This document shows, one piece after another, positions 63,922 to 64,000 of a stretch of 64,000 bases of DNA. This DNA is from Malacoraja senta (taxonomy: Eukaryota), in NCBI GenBank assembly GCA_038087875.1, contig CM075990.1:8992001-9056000 (forward strand), in the 5' to 3' direction. Position 1 is the stretch's first letter. Each line of letters starts with the position of its first letter. The notes under the pieces are model-generated. The model saw nothing but the letters and a program-made list of their open reading frames with translations. It was not told the origin of the DNA and did not search any database. Position numbers and translations under genes: made by a program.

Positions 63922-64000
63922 AGCAATTTCCAATAATTTGCTTCGTGCTTCTTCCCTACTGATTACAATTTTCTCCCACCCCGTTTCCCATCGCTCCGTC

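Overview
Repeat-dense vertebrate DNA, very probably a cartilaginous fish (skate/ray), inferred from many HE1/V-SINE-type SINEs, CR1 LINEs and Penelope elements. The only host coding sequence I can support is the terminal coding exon of a CCSER2-like gene on the minus strand (59777-60715). A largely TE-poor putative 3' UTR lies to its left. The rest is intergenic and contains a near-intact CR1 ORF2, a 5'-truncated L2, a degenerate Penelope (RT + GIY-YIG), Rex1/Babar-type fragments, PIF/Harbinger and hAT MITEs, an L1-like 3' end, a tRNA-Leu(CAG) pseudogene and a 200-N gap. Most notable is a ~140-bp TSD-flanked retroposon present twice (15623-15760 minus, 63755-63921 plus). Its first ~54 nt fold into a minimal HDV-like self-cleaving ribozyme, and in both copies the 5' end falls exactly on the predicted cleavage G. 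A second RNA-motif system is a family of short TSD-flanked, often fold-back Penelope-terminus elements carrying a hammerhead-like core. Family names come from recalled motifs, not database searches, and repeat boundaries without TSDs are approximate.
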